Positions 1 through 9,745 of a stretch of DNA of 60,983 bases are shown here, piece after piece. Position numbers and translations under genes: made by a program. Under the pieces are notes generated by a model that saw nothing but the letters and a program-made list of their open reading frames with translations, did not search any database and was not told where the DNA came from. How positions within the stretch are numbered: position 1 is the stretch's first letter; the number at the start of each line of letters is the position of its first letter. The stretch is from the sequence record SRR31156797_4417. One strand, 5' to 3'.

Positions 1-144
1 ATGATTCAGGACTACTGTCCCGGTGTGAATCCCAAGGCCGGACACAAGGAATTTGTCCGTCAGGGGCGTGAGTATTTGCACAAGGAAGACCTTTTGCGCT
101 ATGATCCAGAGACTTCACCAAACGCATTGATTTCAGAGGAATAG
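1..144 (+). CDS. 3' end of a CDS probably truncated by the window edge (possibly a YkgJ/zinc-iron chelating family C-terminus)
   Basis: Frame 1 is open from base 1 (MIQDYCPGVNPKAGHKEFVRQGREYL...ISEE) to TAG at 142-144, just before the next gene's RBS; the family guess rests only on the YCPG motif. Confidence 0.45.
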   Translation: MIQDYCPGVNPKAGHKEFVRQGREYLHKEDLLRYDPETSPNALISEE

Positions 145-158
145 GAAAGGGTCACCCC

Positions 159-929
159 ATGAATCTCCAGGAATGTCTCACAGTGCTCCAGCTCGACGCA
201 AACGCATCCCTGGACGATATTAAAACCGCTTTTCGCAAACTCGCATTCAAATACCATCCAGATCTGAACTCCGGCCCGAATGCGGGTAAAAAATTCCGCG
301 AAATTAACGAAGCCTATGTTACTGCCAAAGGCCTCCTGGATACAAATGGCTCTTCTCGCAATAATTCTGGGCAGACTGAAACAGAAGAGCCAAAAGCCAG
401 TCGCAAACAAGGCGCAAAAGCGTATGCGAAACAACAAAAAAAATCTTCACCCAAAAGGCCAAAACGAGCTAGGTCCACACGCGCAAGAACCCAGAAGTAT
501 TATTACAAGGAAGAAGAAGTCCTCAAAACAATTCTTGGTGACCCTTTTGCAAAAAAAGTTTTCGAAGACATTTACAGTCAAATTCGCAAAGAACAACCAG
601 GGTACCAAGGACCGCTTGAACTTAAAAAAAGAAAACTCCAACTCCATTGGGGCGAACGCACACTCAATCTCGACTTTTCCAAAGGTATCAAGGGATGGTT
701 TAAAAGCCAGATGGACCACGAACAAACCGTCCAATTCCCATCACACCATCTCATGCCTGGCAGAAAAATCCGCATTACGGTAGAGCAAAAGTTTTCTAAA
801 GGCCCCAAGACAATTGAAGTAACCCTGCCCCGAGACTTTGTCGTAGGCCGTCCCATCCGTCTTAAAGGATTGGGGAGAAAACTCGGTCCCATTGCCGGAG
901 ATCTTCTTTTACGAATTTTGGGGAAGTAA
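159..929 (+). CDS. J-domain (DnaJ-like) protein without zinc finger
   Basis: N-terminal J domain with HPD (KYHPDLN); C-terminal IRLKGLG..GDLLLRI resembles the DnaJ C-terminal domain; no CxxCxGxG repeats. Confidence 0.85.
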   Translation: MNLQECLTVLQLDANASLDDIKTAFRKLAFKYHPDLNSGPNAGKKFREINEAYVTAKGLLDTNGSSRNNSGQTETEEPKASRKQGAKAYAKQQKKSSPKRPKRARSTRARTQKYYYKEEEVLKTILGDPFAKKVFEDIYSQIRKEQPGYQGPLELKKRKLQLHWGERTLNLDFSKGIKGWFKSQMDHEQTVQFPSHHLMPGRKIRITVEQKFSKGPKTIEVTLPRDFVVGRPIRLKGLGRKLGPIAGDLLLRILGK

Positions 930-1096
930 CCTGATCAATCGGTAAATATCGTTCACAATTTCCCCCTCATTTGGGAAATTGTCCCGAATTTGACTAAATC
1001 GGATTGACATCTTTGTAAATTTCAAGAAACTCCTTGTTTTCCCCCGTTTTTTTTACTAGTCGCTGTAAGGTAAGAGTACATAATTCGGAGGGACAG

Positions 1097-1738
1097 ATGC
1101 TCGCCATATTTGACTACAAAGCGGGAAACCAGACCAGTGTCCGTCGGGCACTTGATCATCTGGGTATTCCAAATGAAATTACCAATGATGCCGAAAAGCT
1201 CAATAAGGCTTCCGGTATCATTTTCCCCGGAGTCGGGGCAGCAGGTCAAGCCATGGAGGAACTCCATTCCGGCGGCCTTGATGAAGTCATAAAAGGACTC
1301 ATCTGGCAAAAAAAACCTGTACTCGGAATATGTGTTGGCTGCCAGATTCTGCTGGACTATTCAGAAGAGAATGACACCAAGGCACTGGAAGTAATTCCGG
1401 GAGAATGTAGGCTGTTCAACCCTTCATGGGTTGATTATGAAGACACCACAATCCGCGTACCGCACATGGGTTGGAACCAAGTTGAACTGATCAAGGAATG
1501 TGAACTCTTCGCAGGAATTGACCCTGATGCAGATTTCTATTTCGTACACAGTTATTTCCCGCACCCTCAAGATGAATTTGTTATCGGCAATACCCGGTAT
1601 GGAATTGATTTCTGCTCGGTACATGGGCGCCAAGGACTCTGGGCTGTTCAATTCCACCCTGAAAAATCTGGACGGCCAGGTTTAAAAATGCTGCAGAATT
1701 TCTACAACTACTGTCAGGAGGCCGCCAATGCTCAGTAA
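1097..1738 (+). CDS. hisH: Imidazole glycerol phosphate synthase, glutaminase subunit
   Basis: PGVG, GICVG (catalytic Cys), PHMGWN, YFVHSY and QFHPEKS motifs; start moved to ATG 1097 after GGAGGG SD; overlaps hisF. Confidence 0.97.
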   Translation: MLAIFDYKAGNQTSVRRALDHLGIPNEITNDAEKLNKASGIIFPGVGAAGQAMEELHSGGLDEVIKGLIWQKKPVLGICVGCQILLDYSEENDTKALEVIPGECRLFNPSWVDYEDTTIRVPHMGWNQVELIKECELFAGIDPDADFYFVHSYFPHPQDEFVIGNTRYGIDFCSVHGRQGLWAVQFHPEKSGRPGLKMLQNFYNYCQEAANAQ

Positions 1739-2507
1739 GCGTGTCATTCCCTGTCTCGATGTCCGCAATGGCAGATTGACCAAGGGCATAAAATTCAAAG
1801 ACAATGTGGATATCGGCGACCCGGTTGAAACCGCCAAGAAGTATTATGAAGAAGGCGCTGATGAAATCGTCTTTTACGACATCACCGCATCCCACGAAGC
1901 TCGCGGTATTTTTCTTGATGTTGTTGAAAAGGTAGCCTCTCAAATATTCATTCCCTTCTCCGTCGGTGGTGGCATTAATACCGTTGACGACATGCGCGAT
2001 GTGCTCGTTGCAGGCGCAGAAAAAGTCTCCGTCAATTCCGGGGCTGTCAAAAATCCGGATATCATCAGTGAAGGCGCTGCCCGCTTTGGTTCACAATGCG
2101 TAGTGCTTGGCATGGATGTAAAACGTGTGGACAAGTCCGAAAAAATCCCCTCCGGATTTGAGATCGTCATCCATGGTGGTCGTAAATTCATGGGCCTTGA
2201 TGCCATTGAATGGGCCAAAACAGGCGAAGCCCTTGGAGCCGGTGAAATCTGCCTCAACTCCATTGATGCAGATGGCGTTAAAAACGGATATGATTTAGAA
2301 CTGACCAAAATTATTGCTGAATCCGTCACCATTCCGGTAATTGCTTCCGGCGGAGCTGGTAACGCGCAACACATGGTGGATGCTGTTACCACTGGCAAGG
2401 CAACAGCCGCTCTCATCGCCTCAATCGTCCATTACGGCGAATACACTATTCCCGAACTGAAAGAATATATGGCTAACGCCGGAGTGGAAACTCGCGCGAT
2501 CTGGTAA
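1728..2507 (+). CDS. hisF: Imidazole glycerol phosphate synthase, cyclase subunit
   Basis: [37 protein letters not shown] motifs. Confidence 0.98.
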   Translation: MLSKRVIPCLDVRNGRLTKGIKFKDNVDIGDPVETAKKYYEEGADEIVFYDITASHEARGIFLDVVEKVASQIFIPFSVGGGINTVDDMRDVLVAGAEKVSVNSGAVKNPDIISEGAARFGSQCVVLGMDVKRVDKSEKIPSGFEIVIHGGRKFMGLDAIEWAKTGEALGAGEICLNSIDADGVKNGYDLELTKIIAESVTIPVIASGGAGNAQHMVDAVTTGKATAALIASIVHYGEYTIPELKEYMANAGVETRAIW

Positions 2508-2529
2508 ACTATACTCTCTCGACCACAAT

Positions 2530-2562
2530 AAAAGCCGCCCTCCATACGGAGAGCGGCTTTAT
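2530..2562. terminator. Bidirectional intrinsic terminator between hisF and moaC
   Basis: AAAGCCGC...GCGGCTTT stem between convergent genes. Confidence 0.75.
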
Positions 2563-2582
2563 TCATATTAACTTAATTTAGA

Positions 2583-3062
2583 TTACTCAGCCCGGAAGGT
2601 TCCACTTTTACCGCCTGACTTGAAGACCAACCGACAGGCGTCGATGACAACGTCTTTCTGTACGGCTTTGCACATGTCATAAATAGTGGCAGCAGCTACC
2701 TGAACGCCAATCAAAGCTTCCATCTCAATACCAGTCTTGTATGTTGTACGCACTTCGCACTCAAGCTCAATGGCATTTTCATCGTCCAAAACAATAAATC
2801 GAATGTCCACATAGCTGATAGGCATCGGATGGCACATGGGAATCAAATCGGCAGTCCGTTTTGCAGCCTGAATACCCGCTATTTTAGCGGTAGTTAACAC
2901 ATCACCTTTGGGCAATGCATTCTGCTTAAGCAATTGCAGTGTCTCGGGTGCCAGTCGAACAATACCCCGCACAATAGCTGTACGCTGAGTATCCTTCTTC
3001 TCTGACACGTCGACCATGCGGGCGTTACCGTCATCATCCATATGCGAAAAACCGTCAACCAT
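2583..3062 (-). CDS. moaC: Cyclic pyranopterin monophosphate synthase
   Basis: MVDVSEK, KGDVL, LIPMCHP, TGIEMEAL, YDMCKAV, KSGGKSG motifs. Confidence 0.97.
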   Translation of the reverse strand: MVDGFSHMDDDGNARMVDVSEKKDTQRTAIVRGIVRLAPETLQLLKQNALPKGDVLTTAKIAGIQAAKRTADLIPMCHPMPISYVDIRFIVLDDENAIELECEVRTTYKTGIEMEALIGVQVAAATIYDMCKAVQKDVVIDACRLVFKSGGKSGTFRAE

Positions 3063-3066
3063 GTGA

Positions 3067-4185
3067 CTAATCTCCCATTACTTTTTCTTTGGCCTTCTTA
3101 AAAAAGCCTTTAGCCTTAGTAGACAATTTACTTGCCTCGATCTCGGCAAACTCTTTCAGCAGCTCTTCCTGGCGAGCATTAAGCCGAGTCGGAGTCTTGA
3201 CCTTGATTTCCACCAAGAGATCACCATTATGCGTGCTCCCCAAATGAGGCATGCCAAGCCCACGAAGACGGAAAACCTCTCCGCTTTGAGTGCCACTCGG
3301 AATATCCAGATTAACCGGATCATCCAAAGTCGGCACTTCCATACGATGGCCAAGTGCTGCCTCGACCATGGATATTTCACGGCTAATAATCAGGTTCTGT
3401 CCCTGACGTTCAAAAATCTCATCCGACGTCACCCGAATAACAACATACAAATCACCTGGGGGACCGCCAAACATACCAGCTTCACCCTCGCCACGAAGAC
3501 GAAGTCTGGAATTATTATCAACTCCAGCCGGGATCCTAACTTTAAGATCCTTGTCCTTAATGACAGAACCACGGCCCATGCACTCATCACAGGGATCAGT
3601 AATAATCTGTCCTGCCCCCTGACAATGAGGACAAGTCACGGAAATACGGAAAAACCCTTGCGATTGCTGCATGGAACCGGAACCACCGCACTGGGGACAC
3701 GTTTCCGCCGTAGACCCTGGTGCTGCACCGGACCCGTCACACTCCTCACAAGCGACTTCAACGGGGATCTGAATATCAACTTCCGCTCCCTTTGCCGCTT
3801 CACGGAAAGAAATTTCCAGATTGTACCGAAGATCGGACCCGGCACGTGGACGATTGCCACCGCCTCGACCAGCAGAAGAAAAACCGAAAACTTCACCGAA
3901 AATATCGCTGAATGCTCCGAATATATCTTCGTTACTGGAAAAACCGGAAAAACCGTTCCCGTTTACACCTTCGTGACCAAAACGGTCATAGGCTTGCCGC
4001 TTATCATCGTTGCCGAGAATCTCATACGCTTCAGCTGCTTCCTTAAACTTGGATTCAGCTTCAGGGTCATCCTGATTCCGATCTGGATGATACTTGAATG
4101 CTTTTTTTCGATATGCCGACTTGATCGCGTCCTGGGATGCAGATGTATCCACTCCCAACACTTCATAATAATCGCGTTTGGACAT
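3067..4185 (-). CDS. dnaJ: Chaperone DnaJ
   Basis: [13 protein letters not shown] region, four CxxCxGxG zinc-finger repeats, C-terminal domains. Confidence 0.98.
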   Translation of the reverse strand: MSKRDYYEVLGVDTSASQDAIKSAYRKKAFKYHPDRNQDDPEAESKFKEAAEAYEILGNDDKRQAYDRFGHEGVNGNGFSGFSSNEDIFGAFSDIFGEVFGFSSAGRGGGNRPRAGSDLRYNLEISFREAAKGAEVDIQIPVEVACEECDGSGAAPGSTAETCPQCGGSGSMQQSQGFFRISVTCPHCQGAGQIITDPCDECMGRGSVIKDKDLKVRIPAGVDNNSRLRLRGEGEAGMFGGPPGDLYVVIRVTSDEIFERQGQNLIISREISMVEAALGHRMEVPTLDDPVNLDIPSGTQSGEVFRLRGLGMPHLGSTHNGDLLVEIKVKTPTRLNARQEELLKEFAEIEASKLSTKAKGFFKKAKEKVMGD

Positions 4186-4195
4186 GATGAGTTAC

Positions 4196-4426
4196 TTAGG
4201 CATCCTCAGGAAGTTCAGCATCAAGATTGGCCTCGGGAATCGGACGGTCAGGAACGACCTTGCCCGCTGCGATTTCACGCAGAGAGCTGACGATTTCCTT
4301 ATTACTGGATGTCACCAAAGGTTCGTACCCTTCACGGTACTGCTTGACCCTTTTAATACCCATCTGTGTGATAAGAAAACGATTACTCACCTTTGCCAGA
4401 CAATCTTCAACAGTAATACGAGCCAT
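4196..4426 (-). CDS. rpoZ: RNA polymerase omega subunit
   Basis: [13 protein letters not shown]...KR...LREIAAG signature. Confidence 0.95.
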   Translation of the reverse strand: MARITVEDCLAKVSNRFLITQMGIKRVKQYREGYEPLVTSSNKEIVSSLREIAAGKVVPDRPIPEANLDAELPEDA

Positions 4427-4469
4427 GTTATTCTCCTTCTTCGTTACGAAGAGATAATTCCTCGATATT

Positions 4470-5807
4470 TCAAATTCTGCCGGCTGGGAACATGCCCTGC
4501 AAATCTTTCAACAACCGGCTGGAAACCGGATAATACATCCCATCTCCATTCTTCATCCAGCACTGACCTTGAGGCAGCTTCGGGTCAGCGTAAAAGGTCA
4601 TAGCCTTCAACAACTGCCCGGCATCATCCAAAAGCCGACACTGCATGAGCTTTACAGCCGAAGCTGCCAAATTATTAAGCGGCAACGCTTCGAACTGCAA
4701 CTCAGTAAATCTCCAGAGCGACATGTCAATGCCGGGGATATCTTTTTCTCCCCCATGTACACGCCACCCTGAATCACTTCGTTCGACCACGTAACGATTA
4801 CTTCCGTGCTCAATAACAAAACTGGCTACTTCACCAATCTCTAAAGTAAAAACATTCCGTCCTTGAACATCAAACGCGCTACGCACCAACTGGCTGACAC
4901 TTTCCGCGTCAAGCAAAAAAGGTACTGTCAGCCAAGACGACCTGCCGATATACCGATTCGGATCGTCCTTAAAAGTAAAAAATTCTACAGAATGAGCCAT
5001 GTCATTCTGTTTGCTCCAAAGTCGAATCGTCAACGCAGCCATTCTTTGTTCAGTCACGACAGGATCAAGCATCAACTTTCCGGCCCGCAACAAAGCCAAG
5101 GCATGAATATACAACTTAATTTTTGATTCCGAGGCTTTTTTCCCCTTAAGATACCCCGGCAAGTTAAAAGTATACCCTTGCGCAGACTGCTCTACTAGCC
5201 AACTGGACCCAAAGGGCTGAACCAGTTGAATCTTATGAATTTCATTTTCATCAAAAGAAAAGACTCTAGTATCAAAAAAATTCTCAGCCGGTTGCATCAG
5301 TTCATCAAACGACTGCTTATCAAATGCGTATACCAATGCTGGATTTTCGGAATTCCAACCGTAAACAGTCCCAGACTCACAGGAGGTCAATCGAATCGTT
5401 AGCGATTCTCCACCCTTTTTGCCAAAAGTCAGTATCACTTTAAATTCTGGCTCTTCCAAACCGAACTCTTCAGGGCCACCTCGATCAAAACCACCAATGG
5501 ACCTATGTGGAGTCAGGTCAACAAGCATTGATTTATATGACAAAACTCGTCCGGTCAGTGCACGAGCCTTAATATTCCACGAAGCCCCCGGCACATGAAT
5601 TTCCCATCCAGTCCCGACAGACACTAAGGTGTATGAACCGTCAGGGGTCTGAACATGTATCGACTCGACTGAATCGAGAGATCGAGACAACCATCGGGAT
5701 ACAACCTGATTGGTATTTCCATAAGACGAATACCAATAAGCGCCTCCGGCCAGACCGACCACAAGAACCAAGGCTGCGAAATAGACGTATCGTTTCAAAT
5801 CAGGCAT
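4470..5807 (-). CDS. Membrane-anchored periplasmic protein (DUF4340-like repeats)
   Basis: N-terminal TM helix; EFGLEEP motif and repeated 'I..I.l......l......W' blocks typical of DUF4340. Confidence 0.6.
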   Translation of the reverse strand: MPDLKRYVYFAALVLVVGLAGGAYWYSSYGNTNQVVSRWLSRSLDSVESIHVQTPDGSYTLVSVGTGWEIHVPGASWNIKARALTGRVLSYKSMLVDLTPHRSIGGFDRGGPEEFGLEEPEFKVILTFGKKGGESLTIRLTSCESGTVYGWNSENPALVYAFDKQSFDELMQPAENFFDTRVFSFDENEIHKIQLVQPFGSSWLVEQSAQGYTFNLPGYLKGKKASESKIKLYIHALALLRAGKLMLDPVVTEQRMAALTIRLWSKQNDMAHSVEFFTFKDDPNRYIGRSSWLTVPFLLDAESVSQLVRSAFDVQGRNVFTLEIGEVASFVIEHGSNRYVVERSDSGWRVHGGEKDIPGIDMSLWRFTELQFEALPLNNLAASAVKLMQCRLLDDAGQLLKAMTFYADPKLPQGQCWMKNGDGMYYPVSSRLLKDLQGMFPAGRI

Positions 5808-5972
5808 CCCTCCGCAAGGAACCCGTTATCAACAAAGGAAAGGGCACACCGCCACCGCTTTCGGTCGGAAAGCTAGTTAAATTGCCCCAGGAGCACTTGC
5901 AAGTCAAGGAAGAATACTCTATCTGCCTGACTTGGTCCGCCTTTCATAACAAAACCGGCAGGAGAAGAACAG

Positions 5973-6722
5973 ATGGCCTCATGGGGCAAACTCACCTTTG
6001 CACAAAAAAACTGTGTTTCAGCCACAGGTAAACTCATGCAAAAGACCGAAATGGTCTCACCCAACGCACGAATCGGCCTTGCCATCTCTGGCGGGGTTGA
6101 CAGTTTTCTCATGCTCAAGGTCATGATGATTCGTCAAGCAATAATGCCGTTTCCTGTTGAACTGATGGTTCTTCATATAAACCCAGGCTTTGACCTAGAA
6201 TCTCATATGCCGCTTGTCGACTGGTGTGCTCAGAATGGCATCCCTGCTCACATTGAACTGACTGACTTCGGTCCTCGCGCCCATACAAATGAAAACCGAA
6301 AAAACTCACCTTGCTTTTATTGCAGCATGCATCGCAGAAAAAGACTTTTCGAACTGTGTCGCGATTACAACCTCAGCCATTTGGCTTTTGGACACAATGC
6401 CGACGACAATGTCATCACTTTTTTTATGAATATTGTTCAAAACGGACGAGTTGCCGGTCTTTCAGCCAATGAACCTTTTTTTGACGGCAATCTTCAAGTC
6501 ATCAGACCAACCATGCTTCTAGAAAAAAAGACAGTAATTAGAGCGGCAAAACAGTGGGGACTTCCTATTTGGGAAAACATCTGCCCATCCAATGGCGCTA
6601 CTAAACGGGATGAAATCCATGATTGGCTGCGCACCATGTGGCAAACTGACAAACGAATTAAAAACAATGTCTTCAATGCGATAACTCGCCAACAGGTTGA
6701 CTTGACAAGTAAAAAAGTCTAG
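5973..6722 (+). CDS. ttcA: TtcA-family PP-loop ATPase (tRNA 2-thiocytidine biosynthesis-like)
   Basis: PP-loop SGGVDS, PCFYC...RRK, GHNADD, VIRP and C-terminal CP. Confidence 0.8.
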   Translation: MASWGKLTFAQKNCVSATGKLMQKTEMVSPNARIGLAISGGVDSFLMLKVMMIRQAIMPFPVELMVLHINPGFDLESHMPLVDWCAQNGIPAHIELTDFGPRAHTNENRKNSPCFYCSMHRRKRLFELCRDYNLSHLAFGHNADDNVITFFMNIVQNGRVAGLSANEPFFDGNLQVIRPTMLLEKKTVIRAAKQWGLPIWENICPSNGATKRDEIHDWLRTMWQTDKRIKNNVFNAITRQQVDLTSKKV

Positions 6723-6786
6723 ACTAACAACATTCAAAGCTACATTCTGGCTTAAAAAAAACGACCTATAACGCACTGGAAAGGAA

Positions 6787-7692
6787 ATGCTTTTCAGAAA
6801 ATATCATATAGTTGTCTTTAAGGACAAACAGGGTTCCTGCAAAAAATTCCAGCTTCGTGGCTGGCTTATCGCTACTCTTTTCTTCCTGATGGTCGGCATG
6901 GCCACCGGGAATGTTATTTTATGGAAGAAGTATGCACAGCATTCACGAGTTGAACAGGGACTGAATATTGCCGAAAAAACGGTTCAGGAACAAAAGACAC
7001 AACTCTTAAGTCTTTCACAAAAGATTTCCACGCTACAAAAGAATCTTGGACGTATTCGTGACTTTGATTCCAAATTGCGTGTCATGATAAATCTTGATCA
7101 AGGTGAAGGACAAGCAGCCGCTCCCAAGGGTGGATCTACCAACGAGAACTTTTCCAAGGGATACCTTCCTCTCTATCGTCAGGAACTCCTAGCTCGCAAA
7201 ATGCACGAATTCCTGCGTCAGTTAAATGTTGAAGCACGACTTGAAGAAGTACGCCAACAAGAAATCATGCATACCTTGCGTAGCAACAAGAACATACTTG
7301 AAGCCACGCCATCCATCTGGCCAACTTCCGGCTGGGTCACCTCTGGTTTTGCATGGCGCACCTCGCCTTTCACCGGAAAACGAGAATTCCATAAAGGTAT
7401 TGATATTTCTGCACCTCGAGGCACACCGATTTACGCACCAGCCCGCGGCTCCATTACTTTCTCTGGTCGCGACAGTTCCTACGGCTTAAACGTCCAATTA
7501 AAACACAATTCTAGCCTAACGACACGCTATGCGCATATGTATCGCATTGCAGTTAAAAGCGGGCAGGAAGTTACTAGGGGCGAATTGATCGGCTACGTCG
7601 GTTCCACAGGACGAAGCACTGGTCCTCACCTCCATTATGAAGTCCGCCTGAATGGCGTTCCGGTTAATCCGAAACGGTACATTCTCAACTAG
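6787..7692 (+). CDS. M23 family metallo-endopeptidase with TM anchor and coiled coil
   Basis: HKGID and HLH zinc motifs, PSIWP, GSTGRSTGPHLHYEV. Confidence 0.93.
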   Translation: MLFRKYHIVVFKDKQGSCKKFQLRGWLIATLFFLMVGMATGNVILWKKYAQHSRVEQGLNIAEKTVQEQKTQLLSLSQKISTLQKNLGRIRDFDSKLRVMINLDQGEGQAAAPKGGSTNENFSKGYLPLYRQELLARKMHEFLRQLNVEARLEEVRQQEIMHTLRSNKNILEATPSIWPTSGWVTSGFAWRTSPFTGKREFHKGIDISAPRGTPIYAPARGSITFSGRDSSYGLNVQLKHNSSLTTRYAHMYRIAVKSGQEVTRGELIGYVGSTGRSTGPHLHYEVRLNGVPVNPKRYILN

Positions 7693-7715
7693 CGGTCACT
7701 ATCTTGTGAATTCAT

Positions 7716-7758
7716 CAGGCCCTTTTGGAATTCAATTTTCCAAAAGGGCCTGTCTTTT
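7716..7758 (+). terminator. Intrinsic terminator after the M23 gene
   Basis: CAGGCCCTTTTGGAA / TTCCAAAAGGGCCTG stem followed by TCTTTT. Confidence 0.75.
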
Positions 7759-7785
7759 GATAATCGCTTCCTGCCTGTTCCCAAC

Positions 7786-7801
7786 TGGTGCAGGTTTTGC
7801 A
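7786..7801 (+). promoter_or_regulatory. Putative sigma54 (-24/-12) promoter of the fliR-flhBAFG operon
   Basis: TGGTGCAGGTTTTGCA = GG-N10-GC directly upstream of fliR and downstream of a terminator. Confidence 0.65.
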
Positions 7802-7813
7802 AAGAGCTGACAT

Positions 7814-8602
7814 ATGGATATTTTCGGATTCAACCCGAGCGACATGCTCAGCTTTTTCCTCACGCTCTTCCGAATAAGTGTGGTTCTTTTTCTGATGCCT
7901 TTTTTCGGAGGGAATTCCACTCCAAAAACAGTCAAGGCTGCTCTCGTTCTCGTCTTATCAATGGCTGTTTGGCCACAGTTGTCTTTCCCTGGTACACTGA
8001 TGCCCACAGGCTGGAATATCGTCATCATGTTTATTGGAGAACTGGTGCTCGGACTCATTCTCGGGTTGGTCGTCAATTTTTTGTTTGCGGCTGTTCAACT
8101 TGGAGGTCAGATCATCGGCTTCCAAATGGGTTTTGCCATGGTTAACGTTGTGGACCCAATCACTGGTACCAGCAACGCTGTCACTGCACACTTCCTTTAT
8201 ATGACAACCATGCTAACCTTTCTCGTCCTCAACGGACACCTTTACCTTCTTCAGGCTGTCGGGATGAGTTTTGAACATATTCCACCGGGTGGTCTCCTGC
8301 TCAACAATAATCTGGCTACTGATATCTTCCAATTTTCAAATCTTATGTTCACTTTGGCAATCAAAATAGCAGCACCAATCATGGCATCTCTTTTTCTGGT
8401 CGATCTCGCATTGGCACTCATCTCAAGAGTCGCTCCACAAATGCATGTACTTATTCTTGGTTTCCCCATTAAAATTACTGTTGGTTTCTTCTTTTTAGGC
8501 TTCATTTTAACTCTCATGTCTACATATGTTGGCGACTTCCTTCAGACACTCAACCTCATGAACGAAACTATCATGAAATACGGATTGATCGACACCCAAT
8601 AG
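7814..8602 (+). CDS. fliR: Flagellar export apparatus protein FliR
   Basis: Hydrophobic protein; GQIIGFQMGFAMVNVVDP, RVAPQM..LGFPIKI. Confidence 0.96.
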   Translation: MDIFGFNPSDMLSFFLTLFRISVVLFLMPFFGGNSTPKTVKAALVLVLSMAVWPQLSFPGTLMPTGWNIVIMFIGELVLGLILGLVVNFLFAAVQLGGQIIGFQMGFAMVNVVDPITGTSNAVTAHFLYMTTMLTFLVLNGHLYLLQAVGMSFEHIPPGGLLLNNNLATDIFQFSNLMFTLAIKIAAPIMASLFLVDLALALISRVAPQMHVLILGFPIKITVGFFFLGFILTLMSTYVGDFLQTLNLMNETIMKYGLIDTQ

Positions 8603-8611
8603 GGAGAGAAC

Positions 8612-9679
8612 ATGATAGGCCAAGAAGATCCAAGTAAAACAGAAAAAGCCTCAACAAAACGGCGAAACAAGCAGCGAGAGGAAGGTAATGTAGCCAAGGG
8701 GCAAGAAATCAGCAAAGTCATGGTGTTACTCGCTGGTGTTATTGCTATGCGTGTAATGATTGACTATTATCATGAAGAATTTATCGAAATATATAGATGG
8801 ACATTCACTGAAGCCATCCTTTTGGAAGTAGACCAAAACGTCGCATACACCTTGTTTACCTGGGGTGTTCACAAAATGGCCATTCTGGTCATGCCATTCA
8901 TACTATTCATTGCTTTCGTAGCTTGGCTCACTGGACGCTTACAAGTAGGGTCCTTATGGACCATGACACCTCTCAAACCAAAATTTGCTAAAATTTTCAA
9001 TATTATCGGTGGCATAAAAAAAATACTACTCAGCCCAGAAACATTCATTAATCTGGCAAAAAGTATACTTCAAGCTCTAGCCGTTGGCATCGCACCTTAC
9101 ATTGTAATCAAACAGGAACTTCCTAACCTTCTGCCACTTTTTCATGCAAGCACCTATGGCGTCATCGTTTTCATTTTATCTGCCGCATACAAAATGACCT
9201 GTTATGCATTAGTGCCAATGCTTATAATCGCTATCATCGATCTTTGGTATCAACGTTGGAATTATGAAGAACAAATCAAAATGTCCAAAGAAGAGGTCAA
9301 AGACGAAAGAAAACAGGCGGAAGGCGACCCAAAAGTCAAGATGCAGCAACGCAATAAAATGATGGAAATGATGGCCTCAAGGATGTTTCAGGATATCCCC
9401 AAAGCGGACGTTGTTATTACCAACCCCACACACTATGCCGTTGCTTTACAATACGATGCCATGGTCGCTTCAGCCCCTCTTGTTTTAGCCAAAGGCGTCA
9501 ACAAAGTTGCTGAACGAATCAAAGAAGTTGCACGAGAAAACAACATACCTATCCAACAGAACGTTCCCTTGGCACAGGCTTTGTATAAACAGGTGGAGAT
9601 CGGGGAAACCATCCCGGAGGAACTGTTTCAAGCCGTGGCTGCGATTCTGGCAAAATTGGAAAAATTCAAGAATCGATAG
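8612..9679 (+). CDS. flhB: Flagellar export switch protein FlhB
   Basis: KTEKAS, KMSKEEVKDERKQAEGDP, autocleavage motif NPTH. Confidence 0.98.
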   Translation: MIGQEDPSKTEKASTKRRNKQREEGNVAKGQEISKVMVLLAGVIAMRVMIDYYHEEFIEIYRWTFTEAILLEVDQNVAYTLFTWGVHKMAILVMPFILFIAFVAWLTGRLQVGSLWTMTPLKPKFAKIFNIIGGIKKILLSPETFINLAKSILQALAVGIAPYIVIKQELPNLLPLFHASTYGVIVFILSAAYKMTCYALVPMLIIAIIDLWYQRWNYEEQIKMSKEEVKDERKQAEGDPKVKMQQRNKMMEMMASRMFQDIPKADVVITNPTHYAVALQYDAMVASAPLVLAKGVNKVAERIKEVARENNIPIQQNVPLAQALYKQVEIGETIPEELFQAVAAILAKLEKFKNR

Positions 9680-9745
9680 GCACTTACACAAGGCAAACAG
9701 CATCTCTGGCCCCAACGGGAAAACCATCCAAGAGGTGTCAAAAAC

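Noticed and set aside
3229-4290. 353-aa plus-strand ORF (similar cases at 54704..55645 and 58140..58916)
   Set aside because: Antisense shadows of dnaJ/rpoZ, asd and the ABC-F gene, with no protein-like motifs.
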